DNA of 64,000 bases, taken from positions 62,001 to 126,000 of IMG/VR virus record IMGVR_UViG_3300032562_000003; one strand, 5' to 3'. Under the pieces are notes generated by a model. The model made no database searches. It worked only from the letters and a program-made list of their open reading frames with translations, and had not been told where the DNA came from. Each line of letters begins with the position of its first letter. Position 1 is the stretch's first letter. The translations under genes and the position numbers were made by a program. Shown piece after piece: positions 46,846 to 55,558 of the stretch.

Positions 46846-47042
46846 AAATATTCTCTCATTTCTCTCAACAATGATTGTATCGCAGGATCCTGATCAAAGT
46901 CAAGGGGAGGATCTTCTATAGGTTCCCGTTCTTCTTCACCTTTAGAAGAAAGATACCAGGTATATGCCGCAACAGCTAAACTTGCCGCAACAAAATACGG
47001 AGCAGCCTGCATAAGGGCACTCTTTTTATTTTCAGTTTTCAT
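46842..47042 (-). CDS. Small membrane-anchored protein
   Basis: Single hydrophobic helix followed by an acidic tail. Confidence 0.6.
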   Translation of the reverse strand: MKTENKKSALMQAAPYFVAASLAVAAYTWYLSSKGEEEREPIEDPPLDFDQDPAIQSLLREMREYL

Positions 47043-47109
47043 TGATTTGCCTTAAAATCGGGGAGCACGGGGCCAATTGCACCGTATTTTTCTCGCTCCC
47101 CTTTTGTTT

Positions 47110-47475
47110 TTAAATTTTATCACTCATAGTATAATCGTTAACGTACTCATCGCTAACTAGTAAAATATCATTTGAATCAACTTTACGGATAATTTTCTCG
47201 CCGTCCGCGTCTTCTATAGTCTGTCCGCGCGACCAGCGACCGTGCGCTATCATAATATAACTGCCTACTTTAATATCTTCATCTTTTACTTCAGGCCCCA
47301 CTGCATATACTTTTGCCCAGCGGGGTCGAATCCCTGAACTTTTCATGTCATCATCCATGAGAATAATTCCCCCACGGCTTAGACGTTCTTTAAACTCCAT
47401 GTCACATACTAGAATAGTATCTCTTAGTGGTCGGAGTTTTTCTAATTTAGTTATTGTAGCGTTAACTTTTGTCAT
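47110..47475 (-). CDS. groES: GroES-like co-chaperonin
   Basis: LRPLRDTILV, GGIIL, VYAVGP and IKVG. Confidence 0.85.
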   Translation of the reverse strand: MTKVNATITKLEKLRPLRDTILVCDMEFKERLSRGGIILMDDDMKSSGIRPRWAKVYAVGPEVKDEDIKVGSYIMIAHGRWSRGQTIEDADGEKIIRKVDSNDILLVSDEYVNDYTMSDKI

Positions 47476-47481
47476 ATGTAT

Positions 47482-47931
47482 TTATTTTGTTTTCTTAGGT
47501 TCTGGTTTGAAAAAATCTGGAGCCTCACTAGCAGGCTTGATTACTACTTTTTTCTTTGCTTCGGCTGCTTTAATAGATTCAATTTCTGCTGCCTCTGCGT
47601 CGTCTTCCAATTCAAGTTCGTTTGCTAATAGCTCGTCAACTGGAATAGGTACCGGAGCCGCTACTGGCGCCGGTGGAACATTATCAACTGGTTGTGGATT
47701 TGGTCTACGTTGAAGTCCTTGATTAAGTTCATTTGCTGTACGGTTGTTTACAGTATTTTGATAACGTTGGCCTGCCTTTTGTGTCATAGGGGAAATAATT
47801 CGACCTTGAGAATCGATGCTATCACCACGCGCATTAACCTTCATATTACCGACTGCACGCACACGCTCATTTCTAGCCACAATCTGGGACATATCTACTG
47901 ATCTTCCCATTGCTGATCTATGTGTTGCCAT
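47482..47931 (-). CDS. Hypothetical protein
   Basis: 149-aa ORF with SD and TAAATA upstream. Confidence 0.7.
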   Translation of the reverse strand: MATHRSAMGRSVDMSQIVARNERVRAVGNMKVNARGDSIDSQGRIISPMTQKAGQRYQNTVNNRTANELNQGLQRRPNPQPVDNVPPAPVAAPVPIPVDELLANELELEDDAEAAEIESIKAAEAKKKVVIKPASEAPDFFKPEPKKTK

Positions 47932-47973
47932 TTTAGTCTCCTTTTTTGTATTTATGCTCGTATATACACGACT

Positions 47974-48483
47974 TTATTTTAAGAATTCGTCTATGGACAA
48001 ATCGTAATGTAAAGAATTAATCCGATGGACTCCTAGAAGATACAGAACGAAACTACTTACGCTTGAACCTCTCCCCACACCCCACACTATTTTATTTCTG
48101 CGCATTGTATCTACTAGATATTTTAGATACTGCAATAATATAAACATGCCGCGTTCTTGATAGAGAATCAATTCTTCTCCTGCTCGTTGAAGTTCTGCTT
48201 CATTTTTGCATTGGTCTAACACGAACTTTGCGATGTCAAAGTTTTTATATGCCTCAGGCAAATGCCAATTTTGCTGGCATATTTCATCAAATTTTTCTAC
48301 TGTATTAGACTCATCTACTATATGATGAATGAGTTTAGGAACTTGATCTAGGTTTAACTTAGGATCAAAGTTTATATCAGATGAAACCAAAGCATTATTG
48401 AATACCATATCTGGATTGGTCATGTATAAATCGCAGATGTCCTGCTCAGAATAGATTTGTTGACCATATTTGTCGGTAATCAT
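47974..48483 (-). CDS. dnaE: DnaE (Pol III alpha)-like fragment
   Basis: LQYLKYLVDTMRRNKIVWGVGRGSSVSSFVLYLLGVHRIN; ends before the PDxD catalytic motif. Confidence 0.8.
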   Translation of the reverse strand: MITDKYGQQIYSEQDICDLYMTNPDMVFNNALVSSDINFDPKLNLDQVPKLIHHIVDESNTVEKFDEICQQNWHLPEAYKNFDIAKFVLDQCKNEAELQRAGEELILYQERGMFILLQYLKYLVDTMRRNKIVWGVGRGSSVSSFVLYLLGVHRINSLHYDLSIDEFLK

Positions 48484-48489
48484 ATTTCA

Positions 48490-48518
48490 TATATACGACA
48501 TTATGTCTTAAATGTCAA
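48490..48518 (-). promoter_or_regulatory. Sigma70-type promoter
   Basis: TTGACA-N17-TATATA before the dnaE-like fragment. Confidence 0.6.
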
Positions 48519-48767
48519 TTACTTTTGGGTATCAGATTGAATATTGATTTTGGTGTTGATCTTTTGTTTTTCAAAAATCTCATCCATCTTTTTTCGTTGC
48601 TGGCCTTTGTATGATTCCAGTGCCATCTGCAATTGCTGAATCAGCGGACCGTTCATGGTTCTATATGCGAACGTTAGCTTGTTTGTTAGGCTAGATACTG
48701 TTTCTTGAAGTTCTTCTAGAGATTTACTTTCAAGTACAATTCGATCAATGAATGGATGTTCAGACAT
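48519..48767 (-). CDS. Hypothetical protein
   Basis: Start reassigned to MSEHPFID, after the upstream stop. Confidence 0.7.
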   Translation of the reverse strand: MSEHPFIDRIVLESKSLEELQETVSSLTNKLTFAYRTMNGPLIQQLQMALESYKGQQRKKMDEIFEKQKINTKINIQSDTQK

Positions 48768-48771
48768 CAGA

Positions 48772-50061
48772 TTACCACGGCGTGAGCGAAATGCGTTTCC
48801 AAATATCATTTCCACCAGTATAACATGTTGCTACAGCAGTGCCGTTAGCATCAGTAAGAGCAATATTTGCACCGGCGACACCGTTGACACGGGTTTGGCT
48901 TACTGAAATATTAGGAGAACTAATTGATGTAATGTAGTAAACTGTATTAGCTACAATACCACCGAACACGTTACCCGTAAATACGATTGGAGCATTAACT
49001 ACTAAGTTTGCAGTACCATCTAGATTAATTAGGTTACCAGTTGCATACGTATTCTGTACTTGTTTGGCCTGCGGGGTCGAGTTAAAATTTCCAGTAGCCA
49101 GATAAAGATATGTAGCCGGATTAGCGTACATTGACAATGTAGGTGAAGAGCATCCTGCTAAATTTACATTGGCTCCACCTAATGTACTTGATACGGTAAA
49201 CGTATTGCTAGAATATACGTTTCTTACATAATAGGTTGTACCAGCAGTAATGTTTGCCTCAAAGCTAGTACCGGTGAACACAATTGGTAAAGTTGGATAT
49301 AGTTGAGAAGTATTTCCGCTAGTAGTAAATAATTCGCTTGTTCCGGCTGATGACGTGATTGTCAATTGTCCAATAGATGACCCCATTGCAACGTCGCCGG
49401 CTGTGTCTCCTGGCAGACCAGTTGGTGGAGGGTCACGAGTAACAATTTGGGTTGACTTGTATGATCGATTGATTGGAGAAACTATAACTGTATTTCCACA
49501 ATCTATTGTCGAAAAGGTGTATTCTAATAGAGAAGTATTTGCGGGTGCTGTTAATGTTGCAACATTGGCTATGTTTGCATAATTTTCTAATAACGTAACA
49601 CCATAATCATTATTCGAAGAAACACAGCTACTAGGAAGCGAAATAGTTGCATTAGCATTTGCGACAGTCAGTCTCAATACGACATTGCTTTCGGTGTTAG
49701 TCGGAGACCAACCACCAAATTGAAGTGTTACATTTCCTGTTATAGCGCCAATTTGCACATCTGCTCTGTTTACATCCACAAGAACAGTTCCTGACAACGC
49801 ATTGCCTAGATTATAAGTGGTAGCTCTAAATCCTCTAGTAGAGGCATTGCTGATTAAAGTATTGGCCATGTCATTGTTCAACGTGGAGTTGTTCAATGCA
49901 GCTTTTAACAAAACCTTAGACTGCAAATCTGTAATTTCAGACGCACCGGTATCTAGCTGTGTCGTTATTTGACTAAAATTATCTCTGAAACCCTGTGAAC
50001 TATTGTTTTGTCCAGGTACAGGATAATTAGTGTTGATTCCGTTTGTGTTTATTTGGCTCAT
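48772..50061 (-). CDS. Baseplate/tail structural protein
   Basis: NYPVPGQNNSSQGFRDNF N-terminus, beta-rich Thr/Asn/Gly composition, and C-terminal DIWKRISLTPW. Confidence 0.65.
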   Translation of the reverse strand: MSQINTNGINTNYPVPGQNNSSQGFRDNFSQITTQLDTGASEITDLQSKVLLKAALNNSTLNNDMANTLISNASTRGFRATTYNLGNALSGTVLVDVNRADVQIGAITGNVTLQFGGWSPTNTESNVVLRLTVANANATISLPSSCVSSNNDYGVTLLENYANIANVATLTAPANTSLLEYTFSTIDCGNTVIVSPINRSYKSTQIVTRDPPPTGLPGDTAGDVAMGSSIGQLTITSSAGTSELFTTSGNTSQLYPTLPIVFTGTSFEANITAGTTYYVRNVYSSNTFTVSSTLGGANVNLAGCSSPTLSMYANPATYLYLATGNFNSTPQAKQVQNTYATGNLINLDGTANLVVNAPIVFTGNVFGGIVANTVYYITSISSPNISVSQTRVNGVAGANIALTDANGTAVATCYTGGNDIWKRISLTPW

Positions 50062-50083
50062 ATTTCTCTATTCCGTAATGTAT

Positions 50084-52627
50084 TTAGTATTGAGTCTTGT
50101 TCGGTAAAATTGTTTGTTGCGGGAACAACACACTAAAGTCTTTAGAATCCAGTGGATTAGGTGTAGGAGTAGCACTTGGAAGACCAGTCCATGCGGGAGG
50201 ACTTAGATTGTTTTCATAATCGTAAGTAACACTCTTATCTACTGTGATTCTGTCTATCTTGAAGTTAATAGTATTAAGTGTGTTTACATATCCCAACTCG
50301 TTCACCCAGTTGTTTTGAATTTGATATTGAATGTACTGTGCATAGCTAACGTTGGTACCATTTAAATTTACTGTACCTGGGCTACAATATGCTATTACCC
50401 AAGCAGGAGTATATCCTAATGTGGATCCATCTGATTGTTGACTAGTCATCCAAGCGGGAAGTATCTTAGAGTTAAATGTCTGTCCTAGTTCTTGCCCGAC
50501 TCTGTTTCTCATATTTGGTAGAGAGTTAGGATATACGACTTGAGCAACTCCGGGAGTTAGACTAGTATAAAACTCTTGACCGTCAGGAGCCTGTTCGTAG
50601 CTCGTAAAAATGTCCGTGACGCTATCATACCATGGTCCCAAATTCAATGGAATAGGTCTAGGCCAATACAGTTCTTCTGAAACGCTAATACCTTGAGGAT
50701 TTATCAAGTTATCTATAACTTCGCTATATACTACTTCATAAATGATATTTCCGTTATCATCTTTTGCGACCGCAGTTTTTATTTCACCTAAGGTTATGTT
50801 TCTCCAATAGTGATTTTTTGTGATTGCTGCTACATATTCATCAAAGTTGCTTGCGAAAATACCATATGCATGTTCATATACAATACTGGATGCCTTACCG
50901 AAATAAGGATCATTTGGTCTGTACAGATAGCTATTTGGTATTAATGAATCATTGTTAAGCAAACTAGCTAATAACTGTCTATCCGATACACTAGGTACAC
51001 ATTTTATGTAGATAGTATCTGTGGGTTGAGAATACTCTTGATAAACAGACAGAGTAAATGTCTGAGTCGAAGATATCATAGGAAAGGATGATGAATAGGC
51101 TTCTACAGTAAAAGTAAAATCTGTAGTTGTTCCAACATCTAGAAGTACATCAGTCGGTTGAAATGCAACTACTCCAGAAATTTCACCGTTGTCGAACAAG
51201 GACAAATTAGGTGGTAATGCATTTGAACCAGGTGCCAATCTATAATTCAACGGAACATCAGACAAAGCTTTTACTTTACTCGTGCTAATAGTACCATTAT
51301 AGATTTCACCCAGATTAGAAGGTGTTATCCATACGACATTTCCTAATATGCCGTTTGAAACCGTTAGAGAAAAGTTAAACGACGGCGTTTGAATTGCAGG
51401 ATTATTTGTTTTAGAAACAGACACACTAAAATTGTACTCGCTTATGGAATTATTACCTATAATAGGTATTCCAGTAAGCCAACCAGTAACAGTATCACCT
51501 GATAACCATATCGGCAAGTCAGCAAATATATACGTTAGAGGATTACCATCAAAATCATGTCCCAAAATCTTAAAAGAAAAATAGTTATCGTTAGATACTT
51601 GACCTATATACGCTAGCTGAGTAGGTGCATATGTTTGACCTTCCGAATTCGGGGGCAGTACATAATATCCAAATTCTTGCTCATTACTAGCCAAATTGTA
51701 TGTTTCTGGTCTAGTATTAAAAATTGTAGGTATTCTGGTATTAGGTGGTTTGGCCGGCCCAAACGAAGACGCCGCATTTTGATTACTTACTGTGATTGAA
51801 TAATTTTGAACACTACTACCATTTGGGCTATCTAACTTCAAGGTAAACGAATATGTTTGTGTAGTTGGTTCACCAACTGTTATCGATGGTAAAGTCACTG
51901 TCATGAATCCCGAAGCGTCGTCCAATAGAAATACCGGGCCGCCTGCAGTAGTAGAAATTGTGAATGAATTACTGTTAACGATAGATTGAATGTAGTATGT
52001 TGTAGAGGGATCAACGCCACCAAAAACTGTACCAGTAAATACGACTGGTCTGCCTACTGTAAATCCAGTGGTACTAAAACATACAATAGCATTAGCATGT
52101 GTAGAAGTAGCAGTTGTGGTAACTGCTACTAAGTTCACACTTATTATCGGGGGAGCCGCGTATCCCTGTATTAGTCCATATGGATTAATCTCTATTCCCG
52201 GGGGCAATCCACCTTGAACCACTCGAATGTCTACTGGATTTGTGCTTATTTGATTACTATATTCTATTTGATATGAGAACCAGGTACTGTCTAATATAGT
52301 TGCAATAACACCTGAGGAAGTAGTGAATTTAGGAGCTACATTTCCGGAAATTACCAAATTAAAAGTTCTGTCTCTGATGTTTTGAAGATTGTCTGTTGCA
52401 CGTACCACGAACGTAGAGGTAGCATTACCGTTTACTATCGACGGGATTCCAGTAATTAGACCAGCAAAATCCATGTTCAGACCCGGCGGAAGATTTCCGC
52501 TGATTATAGTGTAAGTTACCGAAATCGCAGGTAAAACCGCCGATGCTGACAGTTGATAAACCAATGCGCTGTTTGCAGAATATGTTCCTAATGCTCCTGC
52601 AGGAGTATTCCAAATCGGCTGTGCCAT
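50084..52627 (-). CDS. Large virion protein with Ig-like (He_PIG-type) repeats, probable baseplate component
   Basis: Repeated GNLPPGL / GGLPPGI / NALPPNL...G.I.G.P units. Confidence 0.7.
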   Translation of the reverse strand: MAQPIWNTPAGALGTYSANSALVYQLSASAVLPAISVTYTIISGNLPPGLNMDFAGLITGIPSIVNGNATSTFVVRATDNLQNIRDRTFNLVISGNVAPKFTTSSGVIATILDSTWFSYQIEYSNQISTNPVDIRVVQGGLPPGIEINPYGLIQGYAAPPIISVNLVAVTTTATSTHANAIVCFSTTGFTVGRPVVFTGTVFGGVDPSTTYYIQSIVNSNSFTISTTAGGPVFLLDDASGFMTVTLPSITVGEPTTQTYSFTLKLDSPNGSSVQNYSITVSNQNAASSFGPAKPPNTRIPTIFNTRPETYNLASNEQEFGYYVLPPNSEGQTYAPTQLAYIGQVSNDNYFSFKILGHDFDGNPLTYIFADLPIWLSGDTVTGWLTGIPIIGNNSISEYNFSVSVSKTNNPAIQTPSFNFSLTVSNGILGNVVWITPSNLGEIYNGTISTSKVKALSDVPLNYRLAPGSNALPPNLSLFDNGEISGVVAFQPTDVLLDVGTTTDFTFTVEAYSSSFPMISSTQTFTLSVYQEYSQPTDTIYIKCVPSVSDRQLLASLLNNDSLIPNSYLYRPNDPYFGKASSIVYEHAYGIFASNFDEYVAAITKNHYWRNITLGEIKTAVAKDDNGNIIYEVVYSEVIDNLINPQGISVSEELYWPRPIPLNLGPWYDSVTDIFTSYEQAPDGQEFYTSLTPGVAQVVYPNSLPNMRNRVGQELGQTFNSKILPAWMTSQQSDGSTLGYTPAWVIAYCSPGTVNLNGTNVSYAQYIQYQIQNNWVNELGYVNTLNTINFKIDRITVDKSVTYDYENNLSPPAWTGLPSATPTPNPLDSKDFSVLFPQQTILPNKTQY

Positions 52628-52635
52628 TTTAATCC

Positions 52636-53259
52636 TTAGCTCAATGCAGCAATAGCAAGTTCATAGTTATGTTTTCTATCTTCTAATCCGATGGTTCCAC
52701 CATTTATTCGTCTAGTTAAGCCCACAAAATCTTCTGTGTCTGCATATATACTTAGCTTGTTAACGTCCCAAAACCAACCCGCACTTGCTGTTGCACCTTC
52801 TGGTGTTTCTAAGTATGCGACCGTTTCGTCAAGTGTTTTACCAATTGATGCTGCAAACTTAGTATAATTCTGTCTTCCGGTTAACTGAATTAGGCCCCGT
52901 CCGCAGAATTTATATCCATCACCGGATGCTTCGTTTCCATTACCCATACGATTGGCATATACTTTGCTTGCAATCTTTTGTGCATTACGTTCATATGGTT
53001 TAGCGGAATCTACCGTAGGGAAATACTTTTTAAAGACTTCATTCAGAGAAATTGCTGAGTAGCTCAATCCTTCTTTGATGGAGTTGAACCCACCAGATTC
53101 ATGTGCTACTTGTGCCAAAAAGGCCGCCATTCTTTTTGGATTATCAAACAATCCAAAATGATGACCTACCGTATTTAGAGGGTCAAAAAATTTAGCCAAA
53201 ACAGTAGATTTTGTATTTGGACAAATTTTCTGTAATAACTCTAGTGTAACTTCGCTCAT
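52636..53259 (-). CDS. GH19 lysozyme (endolysin or tail lysozyme)
   Basis: AAFLAQVAHESGGF, GRGLIQLTGRQNY and RRINGG..GL.DR. Confidence 0.92.
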   Translation of the reverse strand: MSEVTLELLQKICPNTKSTVLAKFFDPLNTVGHHFGLFDNPKRMAAFLAQVAHESGGFNSIKEGLSYSAISLNEVFKKYFPTVDSAKPYERNAQKIASKVYANRMGNGNEASGDGYKFCGRGLIQLTGRQNYTKFAASIGKTLDETVAYLETPEGATASAGWFWDVNKLSIYADTEDFVGLTRRINGGTIGLEDRKHNYELAIAALS

Positions 53260-53261
53260 GC

Positions 53262-53444
53262 TTAGCTACCTTGTCCACGATATGCTTTATAGCTTGCACG
53301 CTTCTTCTTATTCATAGTGCTGAATTTGATTGAGCTAGGATTTTTGCCGATAGAGCTTTTACCTTTTTGTGTACTAAATATGACCTTAGTACCTTTACTT
53401 GAACCTGAAGTTGAACCTGAAGTTGAACCTTTTGCTTTAGCCAT
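53262..53444 (-). CDS. Small basic protein
   Basis: 60 aa, Lys/Ser-rich, ending YRGQGS; contains a 12-bp tandem repeat at 53401-53430. Confidence 0.7.
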   Translation of the reverse strand: MAKAKGSTSGSTSGSSKGTKVIFSTQKGKSSIGKNPSSIKFSTMNKKKRASYKAYRGQGS

Positions 53445-53460
53445 TTTAATTTCCCTTCAA

Positions 53461-55521
53461 TTAAGCGTATGTGGCGCCTACTGTATACCACTGAGTGGTA
53501 GTTGGTGCAATGTACTGTATTGTTGAACCTGCAGACTGAACAAATGCTACGTTGGCTGCCAATGTGTTTATTGCACCAGATGATGATGGGTAAACATTTA
53601 ATGCGTTCGCTGAAGTGTTAGTAATGAAAATTATACCACCTGCAAGGTTAAGAGGAAGTTGCACGCCATTTGCGCCGGAAGATACTGTACTTACCACATT
53701 AATTTCTTTAGTTAGAACTGTAGCATTTCCTTGAGCGGAGCCGGCCGCCGCGATACCAGTCGCAACTGGATGAATATAATATGATGTCGCTGTTATGTTG
53801 GCCGAGACACCTAAAGTACCTGTGATATTTGCACCAGTGCCAGTGACAATTAAGATATTGGCGTTACCCGCCGATGAGATATTAACATTGCCATTTGCAG
53901 CAGGAATATTGACGTTTGAGTTGCCGTTAGCATGTGGCCCAATCAAGTTACCACCGGTGATATTGCCAGTCGTAGTAATAGTATTACTACCTGCTGCAAT
54001 AATACCTATGATATTACCAGCAGTGATGTTACCAGTGCCAGTTATAACACCCGAACCAAAGCCCAAATTACCAACGTTAGCATTACCTGTAGCATTTAAT
54101 GTACCGGATACGTTAACACCAGTTCCAGTAACTACAAATGTCACATTCCCGGCAGCAGTTATGTTAACATTGCCATTTGCAGCAGGAATATTGACATTGC
54201 TATTGCCATTTGCATGAGGTCCTATTAAGTTTCCACCTGTAATATTGCCTGTAACAGCAAGTGACGTTAGTGTACCTACAGACGTAATGTTTGGCTGTGC
54301 GTTAGTATATACAGTTCCTGCTACTAGTGCATTAGCTACTTGTCCAGTAACATTAGCACCTGCAAGACCGGTCAATGCCTGACCATTACCAATGATGTTG
54401 CCAACACGAACGTTACCTAGTGTAGTAATAGTTTCAACATTAGCAGTTTGAGTAACGTTACTTGCAAAAACAAATTCAGCATTAGCTGATTTCCAACCCA
54501 TAAACGCAGCTACCGGAGCACTTGTGTAATAATTGAGTTGTAGACCGACATCATAGCCAGTATTACTTACTAACGGAGCACCATTTGAACCTGTTTGTAG
54601 ATTAATGATTGGATCTACAACAGCAAGAGTCTGTGAGTTGATATAGGTTACAGTGCCGCCAACTGTTAAGTTACCAGTCAATACCAAGTTACCACCAGTG
54701 ATGTTACCTGAACCCGTGATCTGACCTGAACCGAAACCTAAGTTACCAACGTTAGCATTGCCAGTTGTGTTTAGTGTACCGCTGACATTGACACCTGTGC
54801 CTGTTACAACAAGAACGTTTGCTACACCAGCAGCAGTTAAGTTGATGTTACCATTTGCAGCAGGGATACTAATGTTTGAGTTACCATTAGCAACCGTACC
54901 GATCAAGTTACCAACTGTAGTGTTGCCAGTTACACTCAATGATGTAAGAGTACCAACACTTGTGATATTTGGCTGTGCTGCTGTAGTGACCGTACCTGCG
55001 GTTGTAGCACTTGAAACTGTTCCACTGACATTAGCACCCTGAATATTACTGAGATTGCCACCCTCACCCTTTACTGTAGTAAATACGCCAGTTGCTGCGC
55101 CGATATTACCTACGTTAGCGTTGCCAGTAGCATTCAATGTGCCTGAAACATTTACACCAGTACCGGTTACTACTAAGATATTAGCATTACCGACAGCAGA
55201 TATGTTGACGTTGCCGTTAGCTGCTGGGATATTTACGTTTGAGTTGCCGTTAGCATGTGGCCCAATCAAGTTACCACCGGTGATATTGCCAGTCGTAGTA
55301 ATAGTATTACTACCTGCTGCAATAATACCTATGATATTACCAGCAGTGATGTTACCAGTGCCAGTTATAACACCCGAACCAAAGCCCAAATTACCAACGT
55401 TAGCATTACCTGTAGCAGTTAACGCATTAGCCGTAACATTGGCGTTAGCGTCTATTACGCTAACTATAGTAGCATCTCCTACTGTGAATCCCTGTATTGC
55501 GTTAAACTGTTTGCTTGCCAT
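53461..55521 (-). CDS. Tail fibre-like repeat protein
   Basis: ANGNSNVNIPAANGNVNI...VTGTG repeats. Confidence 0.8.
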   Translation of the reverse strand: MASKQFNAIQGFTVGDATIVSVIDANANVTANALTATGNANVGNLGFGSGVITGTGNITAGNIIGIIAAGSNTITTTGNITGGNLIGPHANGNSNVNIPAANGNVNISAVGNANILVVTGTGVNVSGTLNATGNANVGNIGAATGVFTTVKGEGGNLSNIQGANVSGTVSSATTAGTVTTAAQPNITSVGTLTSLSVTGNTTVGNLIGTVANGNSNISIPAANGNINLTAAGVANVLVVTGTGVNVSGTLNTTGNANVGNLGFGSGQITGSGNITGGNLVLTGNLTVGGTVTYINSQTLAVVDPIINLQTGSNGAPLVSNTGYDVGLQLNYYTSAPVAAFMGWKSANAEFVFASNVTQTANVETITTLGNVRVGNIIGNGQALTGLAGANVTGQVANALVAGTVYTNAQPNITSVGTLTSLAVTGNITGGNLIGPHANGNSNVNIPAANGNVNITAAGNVTFVVTGTGVNVSGTLNATGNANVGNLGFGSGVITGTGNITAGNIIGIIAAGSNTITTTGNITGGNLIGPHANGNSNVNIPAANGNVNISSAGNANILIVTGTGANITGTLGVSANITATSYYIHPVATGIAAAGSAQGNATVLTKEINVVSTVSSGANGVQLPLNLAGGIIFITNTSANALNVYPSSSGAINTLAANVAFVQSAGSTIQYIAPTTTQWYTVGATYA
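53912..55417. repeat. 183-bp exact direct repeat (53912-54094 and 55235-55417)
   Basis: Base-by-base comparison by eye from acgtttgagttgccg to cattacctgtagca. Confidence 0.85.
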
Positions 55522-55558
55522 AATTTATTCTCAGGTATTTATTCGGAGAAACAAATCA

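Noticed and set aside
47060-47101. Bulged hairpin after groES (ggggagc...gctcccc) as an ncRNA
   Set aside because: Short, with no recognisable family; most likely a terminator or mRNA-stabilising stem.
53401-53430. 12-bp tandem repeat gaacctgaagtt
   Set aside because: A simple in-frame GSTS linker duplication.
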